Notes under the pieces: generated by a model
Told to the model about the DNA's origin: nothing
Databases searched by the model: none
The model's input: the letters and a program-made list of their open reading frames with translations, nothing else
DNA from: Candidatus Micrarchaeaceae archaeon
GTDB taxonomy: Archaea; Micrarchaeota; Micrarchaeia; Micrarchaeales; CABMGC01
DNA: 15,549 nucleotides
Reading direction: 5' to 3'
NCBI GenBank assembly: GCA_038873795.1
Contig: JAVZDR010000012.1
Coordinates: 1-15,549 of the forward strand
In this document: piece by piece, positions 6,671 to 14,994 of the stretch
Position numbering within the stretch: position 1 is the stretch's first letter
How the letters are laid out: every line of letters starts with the position of its first letter
Translations under genes and position numbers: made by a program

Positions 6671-6875
6671 TCTTCAAGGATGTTACGTTGCCGAAAAATT
6701 TGCAAAATTAGCAGCCAGCTGCGGCGGCGCCAGCACTACTTTGCCAAGATCGAATTTATCCTTTATGCCCATGTGTTTTCATGGCGCCGACGTTCGCTCC
6801 GCATTCCCGAGGAATATTATTTGCCGTCGTTGTGCGCCTCAGATATCTCGTTGCCTCCTCTCAATGCGGCTTATG

Positions 6876-6892
6876 TATAGGTTTGCGCTGAT
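6876..6892 (-). repeat. 17-bp element ATCAGCGCAAACCTATA, copy 2 of an exact inverted pair
   Basis: + strand TATAGGTTTGCGCTGAT is the exact reverse complement of 2050-2066. Confidence 0.85.
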
Positions 6893-6894
6893 CT

Positions 6895-6929
6895 TTTCAA
6901 TTTGTATGCAAATTGAAAGTGTTGCATAC
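6895..6929. repeat. Overlapping inverted repeats right after the signal peptidase stop (operator or terminator candidate)
   Basis: TTTCAATTTG-tatg-CAAATTGAAA (10-bp arms, 6895-6918) overlaps GTATGCAA-N10-TTGCATAC (8-bp arms, 6904-6929). Confidence 0.7.
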
Positions 6930-7963
6930 TAGTGCAGTATGGTCTGGTTGCATCCCTGCGGTGCTGCGAACTGCCCGCTTATTATAAGCTTAAGATAGCC
7001 TATTGCCGGCACATCTGCAATTACCCTTCCGATTATGCTGCCATTTGATGGCGGGTAGTTGGCAAATTCTATGTCAAGCGCCTGGTTGTTGTCGCCTTTT
7101 GTAAGGAAGTAGTATGCGTTGCCAACGCGGATTGCGGCGAAGACCCTATGTATTATGTCGCCGCTGAAAGAGTCCTGGCCTGTTGTCCTGTATACAATTA
7201 TTGGCATAGAGTAGTTTGCATATATTGTTTTGTTGAGTATGCTTATAGATGAGGTATAGACCACATTCATAAGTCTGCCGCCTATTGTAATGTTGCCTAT
7301 TGAGTAGTAGTACTTTATAATATTGCCTCCCTGGCTAGGCACATAGCATTTGTAGTAGTTATATCTCTGGCCCATGTAGCTGTAATCCGAGAGGCACTTT
7401 GTATTGTAAAGGCCTATGCCATAGCTATTTGGGCTTGCACCAATTGGCAGCAAGTATGATATATTAGATTTGTTGTCTTTTGCATATGCATAATATGCGA
7501 GAAATTCATTGGCCATGCCACTTTCTAGTGAGCTAAACTCTGCGCTGCTGAGGTTTACAACAGGGATATGCGCGCTCTCAACAAACCCTGTGAAGTTTGG
7601 TATTCCATGCAGTACCACAATGTCGCCCCTGTGCAGAACTGGCAGCATGCTGCAGCTTGCAACCGCATCAATTGGTGCTGCCGTGCCAAGGTAAAAAACC
7701 AGCAGAATCCATATGGCTGCGACTGTGCCTAGCGCAAGGGCTATTTCCAGCGCGGTCTTCTTCTTTCCCTCCCTGCTTATGCTCTCCCTGGTCTCAGCAA
7801 CAAGTATCGCGATTATCAATATAAATATAAGCAGGCCTACTACCTGGTTTTCGGTCAGCACATACACAGCAATCGAGATTATAAGGATTGCATACAGAAT
7901 AGGCATCAGGCCGCCTTTTTTCCTGACGCTGCGCTGCCGCGCAGTTTTCCTATCTCTTTCCAT
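6929..7963 (-). CDS. Signal peptidase I, archaeal/ER-type S26 (Ser-His), with a large extracellular insertion
   Basis: Three N-terminal hydrophobic helices, VASCSMLPVLHRGD (catalytic Ser105), IIHRV (His272), FLTKGDNN...D, IIGRVIADVPAIGY; overlaps the smc end by 14 nt. Confidence 0.88.
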   Translation of the reverse strand: MERDRKTARQRSVRKKGGLMPILYAILIISIAVYVLTENQVVGLLIFILIIAILVAETRESISREGKKKTALEIALALGTVAAIWILLVFYLGTAAPIDAVASCSMLPVLHRGDIVVLHGIPNFTGFVESAHIPVVNLSSAEFSSLESGMANEFLAYYAYAKDNKSNISYLLPIGASPNSYGIGLYNTKCLSDYSYMGQRYNYYKCYVPSQGGNIIKYYYSIGNITIGGRLMNVVYTSSISILNKTIYANYSMPIIVYRTTGQDSFSGDIIHRVFAAIRVGNAYYFLTKGDNNQALDIEFANYPPSNGSIIGRVIADVPAIGYLKLIISGQFAAPQGCNQTILH

Positions 7964-10900
7964 CAGCCTGACCTTTTGCCTTGTTTATGAGAGACGAAAC
8001 CTCAACTCCAAAGACCCTTGAGGTGTTGTTTGACATCGCAACCCCTATAACTGTTTCTGCTTCTGAAATCAGGGAATCGTTGTGGCTCACGACTATGAAC
8101 TGCGCATTCTTGCTCAGTTCCCTCAGGAGCTTGGAGAGCTTCTTAGAGTTCTCCTTGTCCAAGGCTGCATCTATTTCATCGAAGATATAGAGCGATGAGG
8201 GTTTGTACATGTGTATCGCGAAGACGAGGGTTATGAGTATGAGCGTCTTCTCGCCTCCGGAGAGGCTCTCGACCCTCTTTGAGATTCCATTGTTGCGGAT
8301 CTTTATAGAGAGGTTGCTCTCAAAAGGCGATTCTGGATTGTCGAGCTCTATCTCTGCGCTTCCTGGAAGCATGTAGCTGTAGAGCTTTGAGAAGTTTGCG
8401 CTTATGTTGTTCAGCGCCTCTGTGAATACATTCAGCTTCTTTGAATCGACCTCGTCAATCATCCTCATTATGGCCTGCCGCTCTGATTCGAGGGTTTCGA
8501 GCTTTGCGTAGACCTCATCGACAAGCGCCTTCTTCTCATTGTATATTTCAGGAGCCTTCATATTTACCGAGCCAAGCTCATTGAGCTTTGCTGTTGCTAT
8601 TGCTAACTGTTTGCTCAGCTCTTCGGCGTCGCCAGCTATCAGTTCGACATCATCGCCGCTGTATGTGGAAAGCTCTGCACTAATATCGTTGAGCCTTGTT
8701 TCGACCTGGCTCTTCTTGAGCTTAAGGTCGTTGAGCGAAGACTCTGCGCGCTCGAGCTTTGCGCTCAGCATGCCCTTGTTTGAGCTCAAGTTCGCTATCT
8801 CTGCGTTTATCTGCTCGAGTTCTGCATATGCCTTCTTGTTGGATTCGCTGCTTTCCTTTATTTCTACCTCGAGCGACTCCGCCAACTTTGCTATCTTTTC
8901 CCTTGATAGGGATTTCGCGTCAAGCATGTCCTTTGCGGCCTTAATCTCGTTGAGCTTTGAGCGCAGGCTTTCTGATATTTCTGCATTCTTTTCAGCAAGT
9001 AGTTGGTTCTCCTTCTCTACCCCAGCGCGCCTTATCTTAAGATCTTCTATCTCGCGCCTCAGCGATTCTACGTTTTTCATTGATGCTTCAGCACCATCGA
9101 TCCTGGCTTTCACAGACTTTGGCGCGCTGCCATAGATCTCGTTCTCTATGCTCTGAAGATGTTTTATTCTTTCCAGTGTGCTCTCTAAGTCCTTGCTGCA
9201 GACCTGCGCGTCACTGCTTGCAGAATCAGAGCCTGCAATTGCTGCATCTCTTGCACTTTTGAGCGACTTCAGTGCGTCGGCTGCGTTCCTTATAGCAACG
9301 TTGAGCTTCTCAGCATCATCAAGGCGCGACTTGTATGTAAGCTCCTTAAGCGCAAGCTCCTTCTTCTTGGCGAAGATGCTGGCTGTTGCGTCGTTTGCTA
9401 TCTTTGCAAGCTCCTTGTGCCTCGCCTCTAGGTCTGCTAGCTGCTTTTCAATGTATGCCAAGGGTCTCACCTGCCTCTTCATGTAGCCGCCTGAGACTAT
9501 GCCTGACTGTTCTACAAGCTCGCCGTCAATGGTAACGTACCTTCGCCTGCCTATCCCTGATCTTTTGGCTTCGTCAAGGGAATCTACAAGATACGTGTTG
9601 CCGAATATGTATTCAAATACCTTCTTGAATCTCTCATCGAATTTTACCAGGTCTATTACTTTCTTGTGCTCTGCGTCATCGACCTGTGCCGCAGTCGATA
9701 TCTCACTTATTGGTATGAATGTGGCCCTGCCAAGCCTGTTGGTCTTCATGTAGTCTATAATGCTGCTGGCTGTTTCTATGCTGTCGACAACCAGGTAGTC
9801 GAACTTACCGCCTGCAGCCGCCTCGACAGCATTGGCGTAAGCATCTTCATACGTGCAGAGCTGGGCTGCACGACCGTAGAAGCCATTTTTAGGTCCGAAT
9901 TTTTGGCCCAGTTTATCGTCAATGCCACCTGATCTCGAGTAGGCTATGGCTCTCTGTTCCCTCAGCTCAAGTATTTTGCTCTCTATCTCGCTGATTTCTT
10001 TGCCTGCGCCAAGGTCTGATTCGAGGGCTGCGATTTCCTTCTTTGTCTTTTCGATTTCAGATCCAAGCGCATCAATTTCTAAGCGCAGAGCCCCTATCGA
10101 CATTTTTGCATCGCTTATCTCCTTTTCCTTTGCCGAAATCTGCTTCTCAATTTCTACGGCCCTTGCCTTGTAGGAATCGCTCGCGGCTACGGCGTTTGCA
10201 TACGCTTTCTGCAGTGCTGTAAGCTTTTCCTCAAGGTCTCTTATTTCTTTGCCTATCTCAGCCAGCCTAGAGATCCTACCATCTTCGCCGGTATCGAGAG
10301 CCATAGTTTCAAGAGACTTAGATTTCTCATCGATCTGGGTGTCTAGTTCGCCCATCAGCCTTGTGTTCAAAATTATCTTCTCGTTTGTTTCAGCAATCTT
10401 CTTTTTTGATTCTTCAACCATCAGCTCAGCATCCCTTATCGAGCCACTTAACGAATTTATTTCAGCATCTATTGTAGCAAGCTGCACCCTAAGCTCACTC
10501 AGCCTCCTGCTTGATTCACCGGCAGAACCTGTAGCCCTGTTCAGGTCTTTTGTTGTCTGCTGCGCCTTCTCGCTGAGGGCATTTATCACAGCGTTAGAAT
10601 CATCTATCGACTTCCGTAACTTGCTTGCCTCTTCCTCAAGCGCAGATATTTCCCTTACATAGGAATCGTAATCCTTGCTCAAAACCTCCTTTCTAATAGA
10701 AAGTATGCTGTAGTTGAGCGACCTTATCCTCTTCCTTAGTTCTGTGTACTTTTCTGCAGCCTCCTTTTCCTTCTCTATTTCTTTGAGGAAGCCTAGCCTC
10801 TCGTTGAGCATTATCTGGGCCTCGCCTATCTTCACATTGACTTTATCTAGCTCGCCCAGCGCCTCCTTTTTCTTTTCTTCGAACTCGCTTATGCCTGAGG

Positions 10901-11363
10901 CAATCTCTATAAGCCCACGCCTTTCCTTCGGGCTCATTTCTATTATCCTGTTTATCTCGCCCTGCGTTATTGTGTTAGTTTCATTTGCATCTATCTTATA
11001 CCTTTTTAATATCTCGATGACATCATGCATGCTGAGCCTCTTTCCCGAAGCCCTGAAGATGCTCTTGCCATCAGCCCTTATTACCCTTACAACCTCGAGC
11101 CTCTCGTCGCCATCGAAGAGAGCCCTGACATAGGCCTTTGGCGTTTTCTTCCTATTAGCGCTCTCATTTATCAGAGACTCAAGCCTTTCGACACGCAGCC
11201 TATGCAGTGCACTTTCACCAAGGGAAAAGAGAATGGCGTCGCAGATATTGCTCTTTCCGCTTCCATTGGGCCCCACTATGCACGTGAATCCCTTGCTAAA
11301 CGTCAGCTCCGCATGCTGGAATGATTTGAACTTGTGCAGAGTAAGCTCTTTAAGGTAGATCAA
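7950..11363 (-). CDS. smc: Chromosome segregation protein SMC
   Basis: FKSF, Walker A GPNGSGKSN, Q-loop ITQGEI, long coiled coils, central hinge (GRATFIPI, VTIDGELVEQSGIVSGG), signature LSGGEK, Walker B/D-loop IFDEIDAALD, H-loop VVSHN; TTG start with upstream GGTG. Confidence 0.97.
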   Translation of the reverse strand: MIYLKELTLHKFKSFQHAELTFSKGFTCIVGPNGSGKSNICDAILFSLGESALHRLRVERLESLINESANRKKTPKAYVRALFDGDERLEVVRVIRADGKSIFRASGKRLSMHDVIEILKRYKIDANETNTITQGEINRIIEMSPKERRGLIEIASGISEFEEKKKEALGELDKVNVKIGEAQIMLNERLGFLKEIEKEKEAAEKYTELRKRIRSLNYSILSIRKEVLSKDYDSYVREISALEEEASKLRKSIDDSNAVINALSEKAQQTTKDLNRATGSAGESSRRLSELRVQLATIDAEINSLSGSIRDAELMVEESKKKIAETNEKIILNTRLMGELDTQIDEKSKSLETMALDTGEDGRISRLAEIGKEIRDLEEKLTALQKAYANAVAASDSYKARAVEIEKQISAKEKEISDAKMSIGALRLEIDALGSEIEKTKKEIAALESDLGAGKEISEIESKILELREQRAIAYSRSGGIDDKLGQKFGPKNGFYGRAAQLCTYEDAYANAVEAAAGGKFDYLVVDSIETASSIIDYMKTNRLGRATFIPISEISTAAQVDDAEHKKVIDLVKFDERFKKVFEYIFGNTYLVDSLDEAKRSGIGRRRYVTIDGELVEQSGIVSGGYMKRQVRPLAYIEKQLADLEARHKELAKIANDATASIFAKKKELALKELTYKSRLDDAEKLNVAIRNAADALKSLKSARDAAIAGSDSASSDAQVCSKDLESTLERIKHLQSIENEIYGSAPKSVKARIDGAEASMKNVESLRREIEDLKIRRAGVEKENQLLAEKNAEISESLRSKLNEIKAAKDMLDAKSLSREKIAKLAESLEVEIKESSESNKKAYAELEQINAEIANLSSNKGMLSAKLERAESSLNDLKLKKSQVETRLNDISAELSTYSGDDVELIAGDAEELSKQLAIATAKLNELGSVNMKAPEIYNEKKALVDEVYAKLETLESERQAIMRMIDEVDSKKLNVFTEALNNISANFSKLYSYMLPGSAEIELDNPESPFESNLSIKIRNNGISKRVESLSGGEKTLILITLVFAIHMYKPSSLYIFDEIDAALDKENSKKLSKLLRELSKNAQFIVVSHNDSLISEAETVIGVAMSNNTSRVFGVEVSSLINKAKGQADGKR

Positions 11364-11396
11364 GCAAGCACCGGTCGCTAGAAGATATTGGCACTC

Positions 11397-11413
11397 TATA
11401 TTTTTATGCTTTA
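11397..11413 (-). promoter_or_regulatory. Putative smc promoter (TAAAGCATAAAAATATA)
   Basis: AT-rich element about 35-50 nt upstream of the TTG, similar to the HAD gene promoter. Confidence 0.45.
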
Positions 11414-11478
11414 CGCATTGGCTTCAATGTATCGTCTATAAGCTCTTCGCAATGCAAAACTGTATACGGAAAACACAG

Positions 11479-11515
11479 CATCCCACAGTTGAAGCGTGTG
11501 GGTTTCCTCCTTCAG
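11479..11515 (-). mobile_element. Probable degenerate IS200/IS605-type right-end hairpin (scar)
   Basis: CTGAAGGAGGAAA-CCCACA-CGCTTCAAC-TGTGGG-ATG resembles, from memory, the TGAAGCAGGAAG-CCCACnnC-TTCA-GnnGTGGG-AG pattern at tnpB element right ends. No tnpA or tnpB nearby. Confidence 0.45.
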
Positions 11516-11519
11516 CAGG

Positions 11520-12584
11520 CTATGCACCGCGCTTGCGCAGCTCTCTCGCCATATGCAAGGATATCGCAGCTTGCAACAAAGCAGAGGTCGTGATTCCAAC
11601 GAGCTTGCCGCCGCTTGTGACCGCTGCTATGCCTATGTCACCGCTTTCCATTGCTGAGAGTGCGTCGGCAACGCCTATGCTTGCGCTTACCTTCGGTATT
11701 GGCATGGCGAGATCGCGCGCATATTTTGCTGAAGCGACCTTTGTCTTTCTGAATACGTCAACATAGTAGTAGTTGCTCCCAATCTTTGTTATTACCACGT
11801 GCTCCCCGCTGGCTTTTATCGCCTTAAAAATTTCGCCCAGCGCTGCAGCGCTCCTCACAAATGTGAACTTCCTTGTAACGAAGCTGCCCACGTGTAGCCC
11901 TCTTGTGTCCCTCTTTATTATTGCGCTCTCCTCTTCAGCCTTAGTCCCACTATATAGGAACATGACTGCTATGAAGTTAAGCATCGCTACGAATTCCTTG
12001 TAAGGCAGGGAGTAGCTCGGCCAGAAAGCTATGAATGCAATGGTTCCTACCACAATAAGGGCCATTGTGTACTTGCTCGCCTTTACGACCATCATTGTCG
12101 AGTCGAAGAAATTGTGCTTCCTCTGGAAGTAGCTTCTGAATATCCTGCCGCCGTCCATTGGGAATGTTGGAAGTAGATTGAAGACACCAAGAAGGATATT
12201 CATAAGGAAGAGGATCTGGAATGTTTGCACAACAAGGCCTGGCGGCGAGATCGCTGCAAGCATCCCAAAAACGCCGCTAAGGAAGAGGCTCATTATAGGG
12301 CCTACTATGGATATCCTAAATTCTTTTTCTGGGCTAACCGAAAGCATGTCTATTATTGATGCGCCCGCTATTGGGGAGAGCACTATCCTCTTTACCTTTA
12401 TCTTATTTCTCTGCGATGTTATAGAGTGCGCAAGCTCGTGGAGAAGCACGCACGCAAAAAGGAGCACCATCAGCATGAATACATAGAGGCTTATCAGCAG
12501 CGTTAGAAGTATGAGCAGCACGAGCGTCCAGTGCAGCGAAACCTTTATCCCGAATATAGTGCCTATATTAACCTCGCTGGCCAT
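11520..12584 (-). CDS. Site-2 protease (M50 intramembrane zinc metalloprotease) with degenerate C-terminal CBS pair
   Basis: IGTIFGIKVSLHWT, HELAH, E.RISIVGP, FNLLPTFPMDGGR; CBS-like ending (ALSAMESGDIGIAAVTSGGKLVGITT). Confidence 0.93.
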   Translation of the reverse strand: MASEVNIGTIFGIKVSLHWTLVLLILLTLLISLYVFMLMVLLFACVLLHELAHSITSQRNKIKVKRIVLSPIAGASIIDMLSVSPEKEFRISIVGPIMSLFLSGVFGMLAAISPPGLVVQTFQILFLMNILLGVFNLLPTFPMDGGRIFRSYFQRKHNFFDSTMMVVKASKYTMALIVVGTIAFIAFWPSYSLPYKEFVAMLNFIAVMFLYSGTKAEEESAIIKRDTRGLHVGSFVTRKFTFVRSAAALGEIFKAIKASGEHVVITKIGSNYYYVDVFRKTKVASAKYARDLAMPIPKVSASIGVADALSAMESGDIGIAAVTSGGKLVGITTSALLQAAISLHMARELRKRGA

Positions 12585-12629
12585 CGCATCTATTTAATTG
12601 TTTTTGGCAAAATATATAACATTGTTGCT
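12585..12629. promoter_or_regulatory. 45-bp divergent promoter region
   Basis: TATTTAAT (12591-12598, +) and TTATATAT (12619-12612, -) each lie about 30 nt from the start codon of the gene on the far side. Confidence 0.5.
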
Positions 12630-13376
12630 ATGGAGAGCAAGATCCTTTTCGTAAACAACGAGCCTGCGCTGCTTGTGAAAAAGGAGAGATGCATTGTTGC
12701 TGGGGACATGCACATAGGCATCGAGCTCAAGCTAATGGAAAAGGGCATAAACCTGCCTAACCTTGCAGAGGCAATGGGCAAGAAGCTCTATGGCATTGCA
12801 AAATCTGCTGGAGCAAGGAGGATTGTGCTTCTTGGCGACGTGAAAGAGAGCATCGGCTATCCCGTGCATGAAGAGGAAGAGGCACTGGGCAATTTCTTTG
12901 GCAGTATACGTGGCATCAGGGTTGATGTAACGAGGGGCAACCACGACGGCCATTTGGAAAGGGTATTTTCATCTTTAGGGATAGACGCAGGCATAAGCGA
13001 TGAGATTCTGTTTGAGGATGCGGCTCTACTGCACGGCAATGCGTGGCCCTCAGAAGGGGCAATGCAGAAGGACTACATAGTGGTGGCACACGGCCACATA
13101 GCCATTGATGTTGGAGGAGTCCTAAGCAAGGCATGGCTGATAGCCAAGGCAAAGAATCCAGAAGCCGAATATGAGAAGTACAACAGGCACGCCAGGCTTG
13201 TTGTTGCGCCGCCGTTCAACGAGATGATGGTAGGGAGCAGAATCTCTGCAAATACTATAAACTACATACCGCTGCTAAAGCGCGGCGTCTTCGGCTTTGA
13301 GAGTGCAGAGCTGTTTTCACTTGACGGAGCAAGCCGCGGAACAGTGAAAAGCAACATACGCGCAGCTTCTACTTAG
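12630..13376 (+). CDS. Calcineurin-like metallophosphoesterase (archaeal SbcD/Mre11-related putative phosphoesterase group)
   Basis: GDMHIG, LLGDVKE, RGNHDG, LHGN, AHGH, PPFN motifs. Start moved to ATG 12630 (MESKILF) to avoid overlapping the divergent M50 gene. Confidence 0.88.
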   Translation: MESKILFVNNEPALLVKKERCIVAGDMHIGIELKLMEKGINLPNLAEAMGKKLYGIAKSAGARRIVLLGDVKESIGYPVHEEEEALGNFFGSIRGIRVDVTRGNHDGHLERVFSSLGIDAGISDEILFEDAALLHGNAWPSEGAMQKDYIVVAHGHIAIDVGGVLSKAWLIAKAKNPEAEYEKYNRHARLVVAPPFNEMMVGSRISANTINYIPLLKRGVFGFESAELFSLDGASRGTVKSNIRAAST

Positions 13377-14985
13377 GCTTTGCATTGCTTTTCCTCTTTG
13401 CCGCTGACCTCATTCTTCTCACTGCGATAAATGCTATTATTATCACTGCAATGGCTATTATCACAGCTGTTGTGCCATAGCCGCTGGAGTTGCTGCTCCC
13501 TGTGCCGACAGTTGCGTAGTAGTTGTTAGAGCCATAGTAGACCTGGTTTGTGGCGCCATTTGGCTGCTTCCATTGCTCATATATGCTCACCGGATAGCTG
13601 CCCGCCACAGCATGGGAATCTACGCTCACAAGGAACGTAATATTGGCGCTCTCCCCCGGCAAGAGCTGGGGCAGGTAAAAGCTGTTGTCTACAGGAGTTA
13701 TTGGGTATATGCTCTGCAGAGTGAATGAAATGCCTGTTGCAGCCTCGTTGCCAGTATTCTTTACCACGTACTTTATCGGTAGATTAGTTGCGCCTGGGAG
13801 GAGGTTGCTGCTGCTCCCTTCTATAACAAACTGCGCCGCAGGTGCAGCACTTATGCTCTCATTTTCAATGGCTCTGTAAAGATTCTTGTAGTTTGCGGAA
13901 TAATAGGAAACATTCGCTGAAATGTAGCCACTGCCGGCTATGCTCCCATTTGGGGCTACAAAAATTGCACCCGTGAAAGCCTGCCCTGGCTGCACTGCGC
14001 CATAGAAGAACCTGCTTATGGCACCTATTATTGATATTGACTTTGTGCCTTCAAAGCTTACGCTGACATTCTTTGCTTCGCCTGTGCCTATATTCTCTAC
14101 AGTGAATTCAAGAGTCTGGTTGTAGCCGTTGAGCAGCTCCTGCGGCATTGCTGCGGTGAGGCTTACCACTATCTCAGGCTGGTTCAACACAATGCTCAGC
14201 GGCATATATAATGTCTCGTTGTAAAGCTTGCCAGTATCAGAGTAGTAGCTTATGCTCAGCGGCACTGTGTATGTGCCACTTTCTATGTATTTGCTCGCCT
14301 GGAGCGTCTCTTCTATATTCGCGCTGCCGCTGCTTGGCAGGACCGCTATTGCAGCTTTTGTATTGCCCACCACTGTGAAGTTGCTGTTGCTGCCAAAGCA
14401 TGCAGTCACGTTCTTTGCAATGCCGCCGCCATTATTCTGCAGGGAGATGCCAAGGCTGAACTGCTGGCCAGGAAGTATAGGCGTAGACGATGCTATGCTT
14501 GCAACAATGTGGGGAAGCCCATGAACAAATATTGTTATTGGCATCTCTGATTCGCTTGACACTTCCTGGGTGTATGATGCCAAGCCGCTTGATGTTGTCA
14601 CAAGTGTCTGATAATTAGCAACTAGGTAGAGTGTGTATTCGCCTGTAGGGGCATCGCTTGGTATGCTTATATTGTAGAAGAAGTAGCTGCCTAGGTTGTT
14701 GTATAGGCCTTGGCCCATTGTGCTTATAAGCACACTCTTCTGGGGCGAGAAGTTAAGCAGGGGATACGATCCCTGGAGCTGCAGATTGACATTCTGAAGC
14801 TCATTGGTATAGGAATTGTAGAGCTGGAACGAGATGGTCACGTTGCTGCCCGCAACTACAGGATTTGGGTATATCTGGAGGTTTGTGATTGAGAGGGCCC
14901 CACTACCTGCGTTTCCCTGCGCATATGACAAAGATGGCAGCAATAATGCTGCAAGCACAGCGAATGCAATTTGCATCAATCTCAT
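13369..14985 (-). CDS. Membrane-anchored COG1361 S-layer-domain / CARDB-like Ig-repeat protein
   Basis: Sec signal peptide ending SYA-Q, repeated N.G...A..(V/I) and G.Y.(V/L) motifs, many N-x-S/T sequons, C-terminal TM helix and basic tail; overlaps the convergent phosphoesterase by 8 nt. Confidence 0.82.
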   Translation of the reverse strand: MRLMQIAFAVLAALLLPSLSYAQGNAGSGALSITNLQIYPNPVVAGSNVTISFQLYNSYTNELQNVNLQLQGSYPLLNFSPQKSVLISTMGQGLYNNLGSYFFYNISIPSDAPTGEYTLYLVANYQTLVTTSSGLASYTQEVSSESEMPITIFVHGLPHIVASIASSTPILPGQQFSLGISLQNNGGGIAKNVTACFGSNSNFTVVGNTKAAIAVLPSSGSANIEETLQASKYIESGTYTVPLSISYYSDTGKLYNETLYMPLSIVLNQPEIVVSLTAAMPQELLNGYNQTLEFTVENIGTGEAKNVSVSFEGTKSISIIGAISRFFYGAVQPGQAFTGAIFVAPNGSIAGSGYISANVSYYSANYKNLYRAIENESISAAPAAQFVIEGSSSNLLPGATNLPIKYVVKNTGNEAATGISFTLQSIYPITPVDNSFYLPQLLPGESANITFLVSVDSHAVAGSYPVSIYEQWKQPNGATNQVYYGSNNYYATVGTGSSNSSGYGTTAVIIAIAVIIIAFIAVRRMRSAAKRKSNAKPK

Positions 14986-14994
14986 TTTTCACAC

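Noticed and set aside
6779..6841. In-frame TGAs as selenocysteine or recoded codons
   Set aside because: TGA terminates fusA, rps12, rpl30e and the HAD gene normally; no SECIS or selenoprotein context seen.
5978..6880. 300-aa plus-strand ORF
   Set aside because: Codon-for-codon antisense to the HAD gene; it stays open only because the minus frame avoids TTA/CTA/TCA. No recognisable motifs.
6893..6919. CRISPR repeat (ends in ATTGAAAG)
   Set aside because: Single copy, no spacer periodicity, no cas genes; the motif is just one arm of a palindrome.
7981..11324. Many Ser/Phe/Leu-rich plus-strand ORFs over smc, and similar ones over fusA, thiI and the r-protein genes
   Set aside because: Antisense shadows of well-supported minus-strand genes.
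11411..11599. 62-aa minus ORF and overlapping 104-aa plus ORF at the M50-smc junction
   Set aside because: Overlap the M50 gene, no motifs; the region is better explained by the hairpin scar and the smc promoter.
12531..12629. 33-aa N-terminal extension of the phosphoesterase
   Set aside because: Would overlap the divergent M50 start and the AT-rich promoter region.
7950..13376. SMC plus phosphoesterase as Rad50-Mre11/SbcCD or a Wadjet/Lamassu defence system
   Set aside because: The SMC has a canonical hinge and no zinc hook; the phosphoesterase is on the other strand beyond the M50 gene; no kleisin, KITE or effector genes adjacent.
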